Shown here one piece after another: positions 28,489 to 39,855 of a DNA stretch of 64,000 nucleotides. This DNA is from Trypanosoma brucei. Taxonomy: Eukaryota. The DNA lies in the NCBI GenBank assembly GCA_000002445.1, contig CM000208.1:2112001-2176000 (forward strand), in the 5' to 3' direction. A program made the translations under genes and the position numbers. Position 1 is the stretch's first letter, and every line of letters begins with the position of its first letter. A model generated the notes under the pieces. The model worked only from the letters and a program-made list of their open reading frames with translations, searched no databases and was not told the DNA's origin.

Positions 28489-29355
28489 TTCCGCTACGGC
28501 AGAATGGGATCCAAGCAGGGGTCGAGCATATGAACATTCTAGAATCTATAAATATGTGCACATAGATACCGAATTAGATACAATAAACGCACAGTGATGG
28601 AAGTCTACTCTCCTTTTTGGCTTTGGCACAAGTTTCACATCAGTTTGGAATATCACGCTGACACAGACATACACACAGAAACACGTGGGGTGCTTTCCCT
28701 CCTACCGAATTTATTATTATTATGACTGTCACTGCACCATGGCTTCTGCCCACACTGCCGGGATCTTCACTGGCAAGGAGGTTTCATTTGCTTTTTTAAT
28801 GTTCAACAGCGAGGGTAATAAGCGTTTGATGTTACTGACATCTTTTTCCCTGTTATTTCGCTCTGTAGCTCTCTTTGGCAATCTGGATTTCTTTTTTTTT
28901 TTTTACACTCTCTTCTTTTTACTCACACTGGGCTAGGAAAAGGAAAATTTAGTGGAATTTCTTTCATTTTCCCCCCTCTCATTCGTGTACAGCCGCGTCG
29001 CAGCGAATTCGTCTGTTGCTACCACGCAGCTATCGCACACGTTGTGGTTGAGGAAACGTCATCGAAGCTTCAAAGGGGAAATAAAAGAAAGCAGAGAGCG
29101 AAAGAAATCCAACGGATTAAGGGACGAAGAACGAAGTTACTAGTACTGGGAAATAACGCTCTTTTTTTTTTTTTGAGGAGGAAAGTGAGATCACCGCGAA
29201 AAAAAAAAAATAGGAGCATCCAAAAGGGTATCAAAGGTAAGCAATAAGAATACGATAGAAAACAGGGAACCTTACATACATCTATACATATATAGATATA
29301 GGAAAATAAGGAAGGAAGGAAAAAAAGAAACAAGGACAATAGAGGGAGGGGGGAA

Positions 29356-31656
29356 ATGAACATGATATCCCTCAATTTCACCCTCTATCGCTTTGTGTGT
29401 GATAAGGTAACGTTTAGCAACATCTTTGCAGTTGATGCTGAGAGCCGGCGCTTCCCCGAGAACTCGCCCTTTTACTGCTGTTGGGCTATTGTTCCACGGC
29501 AACGTGCTGTGTCAACGGTGAAGGCAGCTGAGTGGAGTGGTTGTACACCTGCGTCGTATTTCAAGTCCCATGGTAATGAAATTGTTCTGCCCTTTAATAA
29601 TGCAGTGGGGACTGTTGACATTGAGGGGGACACAAATGTTATTACCTTTAATGTGAGACCATACAGCAACTCGAACGAACCCATATCGGTGGTGGCAAAG
29701 GGGACTCTCGACCCACGGCCGTATGTGGGGAGGTCAAACAGGAACTATGCCATTAAGCTTCGTGACGTTAGCGGCCAGACGATTGGTAAACTTCTCTTTG
29801 CGCTGGAGGCAAGGGAGGAGTCGGGATGTGTCATCAGTACACCGCTGGGAATAGATGGTCAGCCTGGTGTGCATACAGGATTGTCCAATAATCTGTTAAA
29901 CGCAGTGGGTGTCGGGGCGTCTGCAGGCAACCTTGCCCTAAGGAACCGTAACGAAAATGGGAGGAATGGTTATGGCACTGTTGATGGAGGGAAGGTCCAA
30001 TATGACAAGAGGGAGCCGTACGCGCAGCGGGATAACTCTTCATTTTCGAATTCTGTTACACCGCAGGCCGGGTCGTTGGAAGGGATGCCTATGCAAGCGT
30101 TCAATTGTCTGAGAGCCCCAACCTCCACGTCGGCAACTACCGAATGCGATCCCCACTCTTACGTAAAGCTAGATTTGTGCATTGAACGGATTGTTGTCAA
30201 GGATGATTCCAGCGGGCAAGAAAATCCTGTACCATTGCTTCTCGGTGCGAATTACTACTTGAAGGTACGATTCGGTGGGGGCGTGTCCACCACCCAGTCT
30301 GTTGAGTGCCAGGACCCGAGGAAGATCACGTACAAAGACCACATGACGTTCATAGAGGACGTGTGCAGTAACGACAGGCTGCGTTTTTCACTATGGGAGA
30401 ATGGAAAGCAGGTGGCTGGTTTTTCGTTGAACCCCACGAAGTTTCGTGTTGATATTGGTATGCAGAAGGAGTACGCAATCCCTTTCAGATATTATCCCAC
30501 TCGTCAGTCAGCCTTTCTTGAGTTAACTGTGCAGCGCATGGGAGAGCCAAGCCTTGAGGATGTTGAGAAGACAATTGATTCCTTTCGGGTGGTGCGGGGA
30601 ATTCCATTTGGTGGTATGAGGTTCATGGACGAGCAGCTTCAGTTAAGGAGATCCGAGGGGGAAAGTAGCGAGCATCTCAACACAAAGACGATAGGAACTA
30701 CCAGCGGGCACTCGACAACTAACCTCTCATCACACACACCGGAAAAGGCAGTCGAGAAGGGTCAGAGGCCCGAGAAACTATGCAGAGAGGAGTGCGGAAA
30801 ACAACACACGCCACTTCGCGCTGAGCACTCTTCCCCTCCGGTTGCTGCAGAGAAAAAGGACTTTGGTCAACCTGGGCACCACCAAACCAAAGCCAAAAAC
30901 GGGGATAGACATGATACCCACACCAATCCTGCTGTAACCCAACTGGCACCTTCAGAAAGGGTTGGTGAGAACATTACTAACAGTGTTAATTCATCGTTTA
31001 TTGTAAAGCAAGTGTCGCCAGTAAGAAAAGGCAGTTCTGCGAAGCGACATGCTCTGCTGCGTAGGATGACCGAGGAGGAGGTGGTTCCTGCCTCTGCGAT
31101 GCGGCAATACCCAGGCAATGATGCCCCAACGTCTATGAAAACAGTGGTGAGGAGTATGGAAACCACACGCTCCGCTTCACCATTGCGTGTGACAGGGGCC
31201 CCTAGGGGAGACCAGCGGCCTCGAAAACTTGAAGATGAGTATCAAAGCCTTACGGGAGGAAGTAAATTGCTGAGCATGGAGGATGCTTCGCAACCCCGCC
31301 GTAATTCACCAAGCACCTCACCCGACCAGCGGGTACCCGACAACGCCATTGACCGTGAGCGGCTGGTGGATTCACTGCTGCATCGCATGAACGGTCGACC
31401 AGGAATGAACACCACTCTGATGGAGGAATGGATGGAGTGGCGACACACATGTCTTTCCTCTCGCAGTTCTCGATCAGGGTCGGAAGGGAGTGCGTTCTGC
31501 CGTGAAGATTCCGTTGCGTCTCTGGAAATTCGCAGTCATGCCGTAAGCCCCCGCCCAACGAAGTCCCTGTCCCATGCTGCAGACATGCGACCATACACAC
31601 CTGTTATCACAAGGCGGGCTGCATCCGACGGCAGGCCACCAATCCCGGGCCGATAG
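29356..31656 (+). CDS. hypothetical protein with an N-terminal C2-like beta-sandwich region and a Ser/Thr/Pro-rich disordered C-terminal half
   Basis: This is a 766-aa ORF. The C2-like pattern is LDLCIERIVVKDDSSG...YYLKVRFGGG...TQSVECQDP...DVCSNDRLRFSLWENGKQVAGF and lacks an obvious Ca-binding Asp cluster. From about aa 430 the sequence is low-complexity S/T/P/R-rich. Confidence 0.6.
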   Translation: MNMISLNFTLYRFVCDKVTFSNIFAVDAESRRFPENSPFYCCWAIVPRQRAVSTVKAAEWSGCTPASYFKSHGNEIVLPFNNAVGTVDIEGDTNVITFNVRPYSNSNEPISVVAKGTLDPRPYVGRSNRNYAIKLRDVSGQTIGKLLFALEAREESGCVISTPLGIDGQPGVHTGLSNNLLNAVGVGASAGNLALRNRNENGRNGYGTVDGGKVQYDKREPYAQRDNSSFSNSVTPQAGSLEGMPMQAFNCLRAPTSTSATTECDPHSYVKLDLCIERIVVKDDSSGQENPVPLLLGANYYLKVRFGGGVSTTQSVECQDPRKITYKDHMTFIEDVCSNDRLRFSLWENGKQVAGFSLNPTKFRVDIGMQKEYAIPFRYYPTRQSAFLELTVQRMGEPSLEDVEKTIDSFRVVRGIPFGGMRFMDEQLQLRRSEGESSEHLNTKTIGTTSGHSTTNLSSHTPEKAVEKGQRPEKLCREECGKQHTPLRAEHSSPPVAAEKKDFGQPGHHQTKAKNGDRHDTHTNPAVTQLAPSERVGENITNSVNSSFIVKQVSPVRKGSSAKRHALLRRMTEEEVVPASAMRQYPGNDAPTSMKTVVRSMETTRSASPLRVTGAPRGDQRPRKLEDEYQSLTGGSKLLSMEDASQPRRNSPSTSPDQRVPDNAIDRERLVDSLLHRMNGRPGMNTTLMEEWMEWRHTCLSSRSSRSGSEGSAFCREDSVASLEIRSHAVSPRPTKSLSHAADMRPYTPVITRRAASDGRPPIPGR

Positions 31657-33429
31657 AGAAGGAATCATGTGTAGACGTTGTGTTTTAGTGGAGACGGATG
31701 AAGCACACTGTCCTGAACACACATAGAGATACTATAAAAAATACAAATATATAAAGAAAGTGGGGGAGCAGTGAGAAACAGTAGGGTGAAAAGTCCTCCT
31801 GAAGCGCGAAAGTTTCCGGAGAAGGGAACGCTGGTGAGGGAGTTGTTGATACTTGTTGTTAGAGAGAAATAATAAATATGAAATAGAAGAAAAAATAATA
31901 TGGATGAGCATCGTGAAAAGTATATGAATACATCCTTGAAGGCGTTGCCAAACCCGTGTGCAGGTATCATTGACCGCCTTGTTACTATAAATGGGAAAGG
32001 ATAGGTACATATACACATATATGTGACTGAGTGAATGAGGAAATGAGGTCATGTGAGTTGCGTGCGCGAACATATGCAAAGCTTTGTACTTTCTTTTGGA
32101 CGTGTGATGTTTTCTCGTTGTCTTTCTTTTCGCGTTTGTCTCCGTGACCTCTCTTTTTGTTCCCTCTTGTCCTAATTGGCGAGAAGATCCATTATCCCTC
32201 CCGCTAGCTGTGCGTAGTCTTCGCTCCTTCCATTAGTTGGTCAGTGAGCTACTACGCGGTGCCCTTTTTTTTTTATTCACTCCCGTTTTCCTTTTTTTTT
32301 CTTTTTTTTGGTTTCATCTCTCAGTTTCATTTCTCAGCCAGCACGTGGGCTATTTGTACCTCTACCGCTACCGCCACTGCACACACGGGCGTATCCGTAT
32401 ATACAAATTTATCTATGGACATGGGCTGGTTTGCCTTTCTGTACCACGTGCTTGAAGATGACATGAAGTTTGGCGGAGGGTCCTTTTTTTGTTTTTGTTT
32501 GATTTATTCTATTGTTGCCCCTTCCGGGGCATATCCGTGCGTGTTGTTGAGCGTGCAGTGCGTTTATCTATCTCCCTTTATCTTTTTTTTTTTGTAATGG
32601 GAGTGAAGTGCCACGATATTTGTGCCTCTACTTTATTTACCTTCTAACCAACGTTCTCACCTCAGTGGTGCCAGCTGCCGAGTGGCGAGCCGTGCGTGCC
32701 CTTAGGCTTGTTTCTTTTTAACTGTTACCACTAGTCTTTCCCTTCAACTCTATTGTTATTATTATTATTCTTGCATATCTTTTGCGTTTTTGTTTTATTG
32801 TTATTACAGCTGCCTGTATAAGTATTGTAGGGTCACACAACAAGAAAATAGAACTTTAAAAAAAAAGAAGAGAGGCGAGTGAAGGAACATATTTAGACGA
32901 CATTTCAGGGGGTGAAAAAATAGAACAGATCGGAGATAAGAGAAGAAACAATTTTCACGAAAAGAAGGACATAAGTAGATAAGGCAAAGAGAGGAGTTCA
33001 ACTGAAGGCGAACAATTAAAAGAGAGGGAGAGACAAGGAAGAAAAGTTGTACGATCAAAGTAACCTCGTACAAATAAAAAGATTTCAAGTGCTAGAGAAA
33101 GGGGGAACAAGGGGTCAAAGCTGCAGATTATATATTTACATATATTTTATATAGTCACTCCTCACTGTACTTGTTGGTTATTTCTTCACACTTCACCAAA
33201 AGTACAATTCACCCATCGTTAAGGAAAAGAGTAAAGGAAGGGTCGCAAGTGATTCAGTGATTCAATTGGTTGAATACAGCGTCACACCATCACATCTGAG
33301 CGAGATAGACAAAAAGAAAGAGAATCATAGGAGGGGGAGAAAAGGGTAAAGTGCAAGAAGAAATACGGAAGTTCACGAGAAGAAGACAGGAGAGGGGGAA
33401 ACAACACTTGAAGGACAAGGGAACACACA

Positions 33430-35187
33430 ATGGTATTCGACAAAGAGTTGAGGAATGCTGATAACTGGCGCCTTTACCACCTTTTAGAGTTGGAGCCACC
33501 AGTGACAGCAAAGCAGGTGCAATGGCTCTTCCGCAAGGTGACGTTACGCCACCACTTCTACCAGGCATATAATATACTGCGTGATGAGGAGCGGAAGAGC
33601 CTTTATGATTCACTGGGTGAAAACTTTGTTGGCTACCTTAACAGTGGCAGCTGGGGACCACTTATTCAACTACTCGGCGCTAAGGCAACAGTAGCCGTCT
33701 GCTGCGGCGTATGGGTTCTGATGATTCTGCTCATGTTGTTCTTTTTCTTGGCTGTTGGCGCCCGTGCGGATCGTCTTATCACGTGGACGTGGATGCAGGT
33801 GGCTGCTCCCGGTTTGACAGTAACTCTCATTGTGCTTATCGCGACGGCAGTGGCCATGGCGGTTAGCTTTTTCCTACGGCAGCCGAAAGAGGAAGGCATG
33901 CGATTCGTGGACCGTATTCCTGCGATCGGTAATTTTGTCGCTGCCTTCTTCTACTGCATCTTTGCCTTCATTGGGGCGTCAACGGTGGACAGTTATGCAC
34001 CTCAGCGGCATAACAACTACGCGCCATACTTTGCTTTGCCTATCCTGGCTGATGTCATATATTATCTTTCTACCATGGTGTGGCGGTGGCCCCGCAACCG
34101 GCGTCTGGACCTGGAGGTTGGCATGCAGGAGTCTAAACCCATCTTGTGGTATGCTCCGTGCGTGTTCGCCGGTCTTCACATCATTTTGTCAATCGTCCAA
34201 TGGGTCCTCCTTGCGCAGCGTGTTGACCGTATAATTAAAATCAGTTGGTACGCTGCCGCAAGCCCTATTGCCGTCCGTGCTGTGGTACGTGTTGCTGAAT
34301 CATGTATGACCAGTTTGGCGCGGCGTGCCATTGGTATTAAGAGCGTATTGGGCGTTGTCTTTGACACCTTAGGCTCTTTGTTCTTCAATGGTTTATTGCT
34401 TTGCTCCGTGTTCTTTACAGCAGCCCGCTTTGTTCGCGGGAGGAGGGTGGTTCCCCTGATTCTCGTCTTTTTACCGGTATACTTGGTGCTATTTTATCTG
34501 CTTTTCTGCACTATATACACGCTTTTTTACCTCCTGAGGAGAATCACGGAGAATGCGCGTGAGGAGCGGATGAATAACCTCAAGTGGACTCCTGTGGAGC
34601 CTCAGGCCGGCGACAAGGTGGTTCCGACGTTGCTGCGTGACTTTGATGCCTCTGAACGCATCATTTGGGATGACATTGATGATGAGAGCACTATGCAATA
34701 TTCCACCGGGTATGATGAAGTTACATTTGAAACTGAGGGTTATGATGACTATGAAACTGGTGAGGAGGAGGAGGAAGAGGAGGAAGAGGAATTATTTGCA
34801 CGAGGCGCTATGGTTTCTGGTTCCTCCGCACCTCAAACTGCACCTGCGCATCAGCGCAACGTTCCTTTATCACGTCAAGAAAGCGAATTGGTAATTGATG
34901 ATGATCACTCTGTGGTTACAATTGAGAGCAGTGAAGAGCAGCCCGTGAGGCGTCATCATGCATACCACGATCCCTATGAGTCAAGAACTGGCACAGGATT
35001 AGTAGGCCCACAAAGTGAAACGGAGTACACTCAATATGATACTAATAACGACGCTTATGAAGTGGGTGATACAAATTTAGAATCTGAATGCGCCTCCTCC
35101 GATACTTCCAGTAGTTTTGAAGCCTCCGGGACGGCTCATTCTGAAAGGCATCAGGACCCACCTTCTGAAAATGTGCGACGAAATTAG
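33430..35187 (+). CDS. multi-pass membrane protein with an N-terminal J-like (DnaJ-like, HPD-less) domain and an acidic C-terminal tail
   Basis: This is a 585-aa ORF. The N-terminal region LYHLLELEPPVTAKQVQWLFRKVTLRHHFYQAYNILRDEERKSLYD aligns with J-domain helices II-IV, but HPD is replaced by RHH. About 8 hydrophobic segments follow. The C-terminus contains the tract GEEEEEEEEEE. Confidence 0.7.
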   Translation: MVFDKELRNADNWRLYHLLELEPPVTAKQVQWLFRKVTLRHHFYQAYNILRDEERKSLYDSLGENFVGYLNSGSWGPLIQLLGAKATVAVCCGVWVLMILLMLFFFLAVGARADRLITWTWMQVAAPGLTVTLIVLIATAVAMAVSFFLRQPKEEGMRFVDRIPAIGNFVAAFFYCIFAFIGASTVDSYAPQRHNNYAPYFALPILADVIYYLSTMVWRWPRNRRLDLEVGMQESKPILWYAPCVFAGLHIILSIVQWVLLAQRVDRIIKISWYAAASPIAVRAVVRVAESCMTSLARRAIGIKSVLGVVFDTLGSLFFNGLLLCSVFFTAARFVRGRRVVPLILVFLPVYLVLFYLLFCTIYTLFYLLRRITENAREERMNNLKWTPVEPQAGDKVVPTLLRDFDASERIIWDDIDDESTMQYSTGYDEVTFETEGYDDYETGEEEEEEEEEELFARGAMVSGSSAPQTAPAHQRNVPLSRQESELVIDDDHSVVTIESSEEQPVRRHHAYHDPYESRTGTGLVGPQSETEYTQYDTNNDAYEVGDTNLESECASSDTSSSFEASGTAHSERHQDPPSENVRRN

Positions 35188-36009
35188 GAGTGACGCATCG
35201 TTTTCCCCTTTCTTTCCTTACAAAAGTGATAGAGAAGAGGAGGGAAAGGGTTGTTAAAAAATGAGTGTTGCGAAGTTATATCACATTCCATCAAAGGAGT
35301 GAGGGATCATTAGAATCATGCTTTAGTGATGGATCCCTTTCTACTTATTCAGCGAATATCTATATGTATATGAATACGTTTTTGTGTGTGCTTTCGTCGC
35401 TTATTATTGCGCAGTATTGCAACTTTCCTTCTTTTTTTTTTTCCATTGGTTTGTGTTGCTTCAGTGCTGCGTTAAGATGTGAAGCGATGAATGCTCAGAT
35501 GGCGGATAAGTTGTTGAGAAGTGTGAAAGCAAAGGCAAACTAAAAAAAAAAACAATAACAATAATATGAAATGCGTTGGTCTGGAGGTTACGCTTTATGT
35601 TCTGTCGGTTCTTCATCATTAGCATGAGGAGAAGTGAAGTAGCGGAAGAGGAAAAATAAAGAAATATTTGAGAGACGCGCATGCACTTGCAGGTATGTTA
35701 TTAATATGTGTTTGAAGGGATGATGTGGGGAGGGGAGATACGAGTGTCTATGTACAGTTAGTGCGAAAACAACGTCAGATGGTATTTATTTTTCTTTTTT
35801 TCCTCTCTTTTTTATCGCTCTTCTTTTGGAGGGAGAACATACGGCGATGGTGTATTTGTTCGTCTCTCTCTCTTTTTTTTTTTTTAAATCCCCTTCTTCT
35901 CTTCATCTTTTATGCAAGGACGCCTCAGCGATGTGTTAGTTTGTGTTGTCTTTTGTGCATTATTGTTGGGGCGAATTCATTTTCATACGTTTTTAGAGGG
36001 ACTAGAGGA

Positions 36010-36041
36010 ATCATCATCGTTATCATCATCATCATCATCAT
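36010..36041. repeat. (ATC)n trinucleotide repeat
   Basis: Direct reading shows atcatcgttatcatcatcatcatcatcat. Confidence 0.85.
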
Positions 36042-37352
36042 TTGTTTACATATATAAATACAAATACAAATATATTTGTCGAGATGCCTACGAGTGATGT
36101 GAAGTGATGAAAGGCTAAGAAAAGGAAAATAAAGAAAGGAAGAGAAGGAAAGAAGGAATGAATGAATGCGTTGCAAAGGCAAACAAAAGGAAGAATGGGA
36201 CGAAGGAAGTGACATTGATTTAGCTCCACAGCGAGTGTTTGTACGTTTGTGGCTTTTTCTTGGTGTTTCTCCATTCTTCTCTATTTTTCTTTTTTATGCT
36301 CATTTTCTTCTTTTTGTTATGCTTTGTTACGTTATTTTGCGTTACTTATATTTTTGTTGTTGTTGTTCGAAAAAAGATAAGAAAATCAACTTCACGGGTT
36401 AAGTTTCATTTTTATTTTCTTTCTGCGAATCTCCGTGCATGGCGTGAGGAGCTACCGAGTGGTGAGTAATTTACCTCCGGATTTGTTTTTACCGCGCCAG
36501 AGGGAGAATTGAGGCGGGGGGAAAATATTCGAATCGTCAGAATGAGAGGAGGGAAGTTAAGAGGGAGGCGATGAAAAATAAGAAGGGCAGCATCAAAACA
36601 AAAAAAAAGAGAAGAGAAATAAAATAAACAAAAATAATTAAAAGGAGAAAGGGGGAAAAAAATGAAAAGCAAAGGATTTGGGAGGAGGCTTGCTTATTTT
36701 TATATTTTTTCAGCTAGACTTCGACGGATGATAATATTGGTGCCATCATTGCCATATATGTGGTAGTGGTGCCTCTGTTCCATTTTGCGTGTAGATGATT
36801 GTGAATTTGAAAAGAAAAAAAGACGATGCGATGCAACACGTTTAGAGGTCTTTTTCTTTTCTTTCTTTTTTTTTTTGTGGCGTCATGCTATTTTCCATTT
36901 TCTTTCCAAGTTGATGCAATGGAAAGCGGATGCGGTGGAGAATTTCTCCCCTGTTTTTTTTGTTTTTTTATATCGCAGGGTGTGGTGTGTTGCTCGTCTT
37001 CCCCTTTAGTATTGTTTTGTTTCCAGTGAACGAAGCAGTAGCGGGGGGGGGGAGAGAAGCGAAAAAAAAGACATTGAAAAAAAACAATAATTGGTCTAAT
37101 CTGCTTTATTGTTTTTTTTATTTTGTTGTGAAATCATCATTTAACCGCTGCATTCAAATTCCTTGCACTTTTGTTTTCTTCATTCCGTCTTTTCTTCTCC
37201 ATTCCTTTGGGCTTACATCCCATCCTGTTTTTTTTTAACTCGTTTAATTGTGTCAGAGGGTACTTGTGGAGGATATGATGGGAATGTAAACATGCAGATG
37301 GCAAGAAAAGGGAGTACTACAGATTTCTGACAAATAAATATATATAAGTATA

Positions 37353-37360
<8 letters not shown>

Positions 37361-37398
<38 letters not shown>

Positions 37399-37416
37399 TT
37401 ATTTATTTATTTATTT
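37361..37416. repeat. (AT)17 immediately followed by (TTTA)5 compound microsatellite
   Basis: Direct reading shows atatatat...atat followed by ttatttatttatttatttattt. Confidence 0.9.
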
Positions 37417-37838
37417 GCGTAAATATCAATGATGTAAAATCATTTAATAAATGTGGTGAAAATAATTCCAGTCCTGTGGAGGAAAAGAAAAAAAAAGAGA
37501 TGAATTTAGGTGATGTAGAAGTTCTGAGGGAAGGAAAGAAGGGAAGGTTTGGAATGATGGAAAAGGAAGAGAGAAAGAAAGGAAATTGAACGAGAGAAAG
37601 AGGAACAGTTAGAGTTTTTTTTTTTTTCAGAAGAAAAAGGAGAAGAGGATGTTGAAGCGATTGTTAAAAGTGTATATATATATATATTTATGTATTACAC
37701 CCCAGTCACTTTGGACTTTCAATACTGTTGCATTGTGCTTATTCATTCGCTGCCATTACGTAGTGGTTTCATACTTGCTTTAATATACTGCCATCCCCCT
37801 CTGTTTTTCTTTTCTCTCACCCCCCTTTCTGGTTGCTC

Positions 37839-37842
<4 letters not shown>

Positions 37843-37870
<28 letters not shown>
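37843..37870. repeat. (TA)14 microsatellite
   Basis: Direct reading; a shorter (TA)8 lies at 37673-37688. Confidence 0.9.
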
Positions 37871-37873
<3 letters not shown>

Positions 37874-38088
37874 CAAACATTTCTATTTCTATGTGCGATT
37901 CCATCGTGACGTTCAGCGCAATCAGTTCACGAGTGGTAGCTGACTACCGCAACCCCTTTTTTTGTTGCACGACTCATTTAGTGTTTGAATTGCATTTCCC
38001 CCCCTTTGTGTGTGTATGTGTCATGTCATTTACCCATTTGTATCCTTTTCTTTTTGTTTTTAATGCTTCCCTCCCCCCGGTCTCATAA

Positions 38089-38943
38089 GTGAAAATGGGC
38101 ATGCATGAAGGGGCTACGGAGGTTTTCCAGGCCCTTGCAGTTGCGCCGCAAGAGCGCCTGGAATCATTCCTTTCCCTATTCACGGAATTGTGTCCCGCGG
38201 AATGCGCGCTCCTCGCGCTTCGTGAGCAACAACAACAACAAAGTAGCAGCAAGGCGGCCACTGATATGGCGGGGGCGTCATTTACAGCTGAAGACGGCGA
38301 TTTCGCAGAAAATGTTTGGCGACGCTTTAGAGAGCGGCAGGATCATAATGATGCCAATGGGACGAACTCTCACATATCAGAAGCAATGGAAGGTGAGTTG
38401 GAGGTTGTAGAGCTCGATGAAAGCACGGCTTGCAGGACGAGCTCCATGACTGCATTTCTCGAGCATGGTATGACGGATGTGGTGCCAACCGTTGGCGTAT
38501 TCGTTGAAGGTTTGCAAGAGGAATTGGAAAAAAATCGTGAAGGTAAGGAGATGGAGGGAGACCCCGCGGAACCTGCTGAAGAAAGTGGAACAAATATTCT
38601 GCAGGAGGTCAATGGCGAGGGGTCCGTGGGGTATGGCGGTGTTGCGTTTGAAGGGGGTCCATCAAGTGACTCGGCGTCTGATGCAGTTTCTGTTGAATCT
38701 CAGGAGAGTTCTCGCTCTGACATTAGTTTTGGAGACATCAACTTACCTGGCATCTCCGCAAGTGGTGAATCCAAGGGTGAAGTGCCAACGCCATGCCCTC
38801 ATGTGTTTCTGAAAGCTGATGAAGTCAAGGGGTTGGAGGTGGATGAAGATTACGTGCAACCATTCGCGTTGGATCCATATTTTGATTACGAAGCGACTAT
38901 CGTTGGAAAGTCCGTTAGGCTTCACCCCCGTGAATTTGTGTGA
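38089..38943 (+). CDS. acidic hypothetical protein
   Basis: This is a 284-aa ORF with a low predicted pI and no recognised domain. It is preceded by a clear polypyrimidine tract (38030-38075) followed by AG, which supports the call that it is a real gene. Confidence 0.5.
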   Translation: MKMGMHEGATEVFQALAVAPQERLESFLSLFTELCPAECALLALREQQQQQSSSKAATDMAGASFTAEDGDFAENVWRRFRERQDHNDANGTNSHISEAMEGELEVVELDESTACRTSSMTAFLEHGMTDVVPTVGVFVEGLQEELEKNREGKEMEGDPAEPAEESGTNILQEVNGEGSVGYGGVAFEGGPSSDSASDAVSVESQESSRSDISFGDINLPGISASGESKGEVPTPCPHVFLKADEVKGLEVDEDYVQPFALDPYFDYEATIVGKSVRLHPREFV

Positions 38944-39855
38944 GCATGATGTCGGGTTGTGCGTTGAAAGGGCCGTTAGAACTTGATGACCTTCACTCTC
39001 CTGCCTTTCCCTCGTTCATGCAATTCGTCGGCACTGGCCCCTCTGATACAGAGTGACTTTACGTGAAAATGGCGGCAAGGTCCATGAGAGACTCCAGTTT
39101 TTGTTGCTTCAGTTGGATGTTCGTCTTTCTTGAGGGGGTTTTCTTTTCTATAAAATTGCACTCCTTTGGTTGTTTCTCCTCTTGGAATGGCCGTTCCGCA
39201 TTCTTTTTTTTTTTTTACCAGGGGTGTGGCTATATATCATTCATCGTGTAGGTCAACTAATGTGTGGGCTGCGGTGCTTTCGCGTCTTATGCGCATATAT
39301 TCGTGTGTGCACAGACGATGGAATGCAACAGCATGGTGCCACTTTTAGTTTGAATTTCGTTTTGGCTAACTGGGATCATGACATCGTTATTTTCTTTGTG
39401 CTCTTTATATCATTTATGTTGCTCTTTTTTCCACTCACCCATTTCCTGGAAACGCTTCGTATGATTAGTATCAAAACCACCGTCACCGCCAAAACGAACG
39501 TGGTGCGTGAAGGAAAGGGTTGAAGAAGAACAACAACAATAAAACAAAACCGAAGGAGAAGGAACGAAGTGCATCCCTTGCCTGTGCAAGAACTGCACCC
39601 TCCAGAGTCTAAAAACTAGCTAACAGAAGTGCAGGCGTGAGAAATAGGTTGCACACCGCGGCGCAGTCCACAAAAGAGAAGGAAGCGGAGAGGTAAATAC
39701 ACACATATATATATATATATATCTAGATAGATATTCTTCTCTCCATATATCTACTTAGTTGCATAGCTGATTGCTTATATTTTAATTGTTTTCCCCCCTC
39801 TACTCTCCTTATTTTTCCCCATCCCCACTCCCTTTGACGGCGCTTATTATTACTC

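Noticed and set aside
39170-39523. 117-aa hydrophobic plus-strand ORF
   Set aside because: It lies in the 3' region after gene 38089-38943. Its poly-Phe/Leu composition comes from T-rich sequence, and I see no motif.
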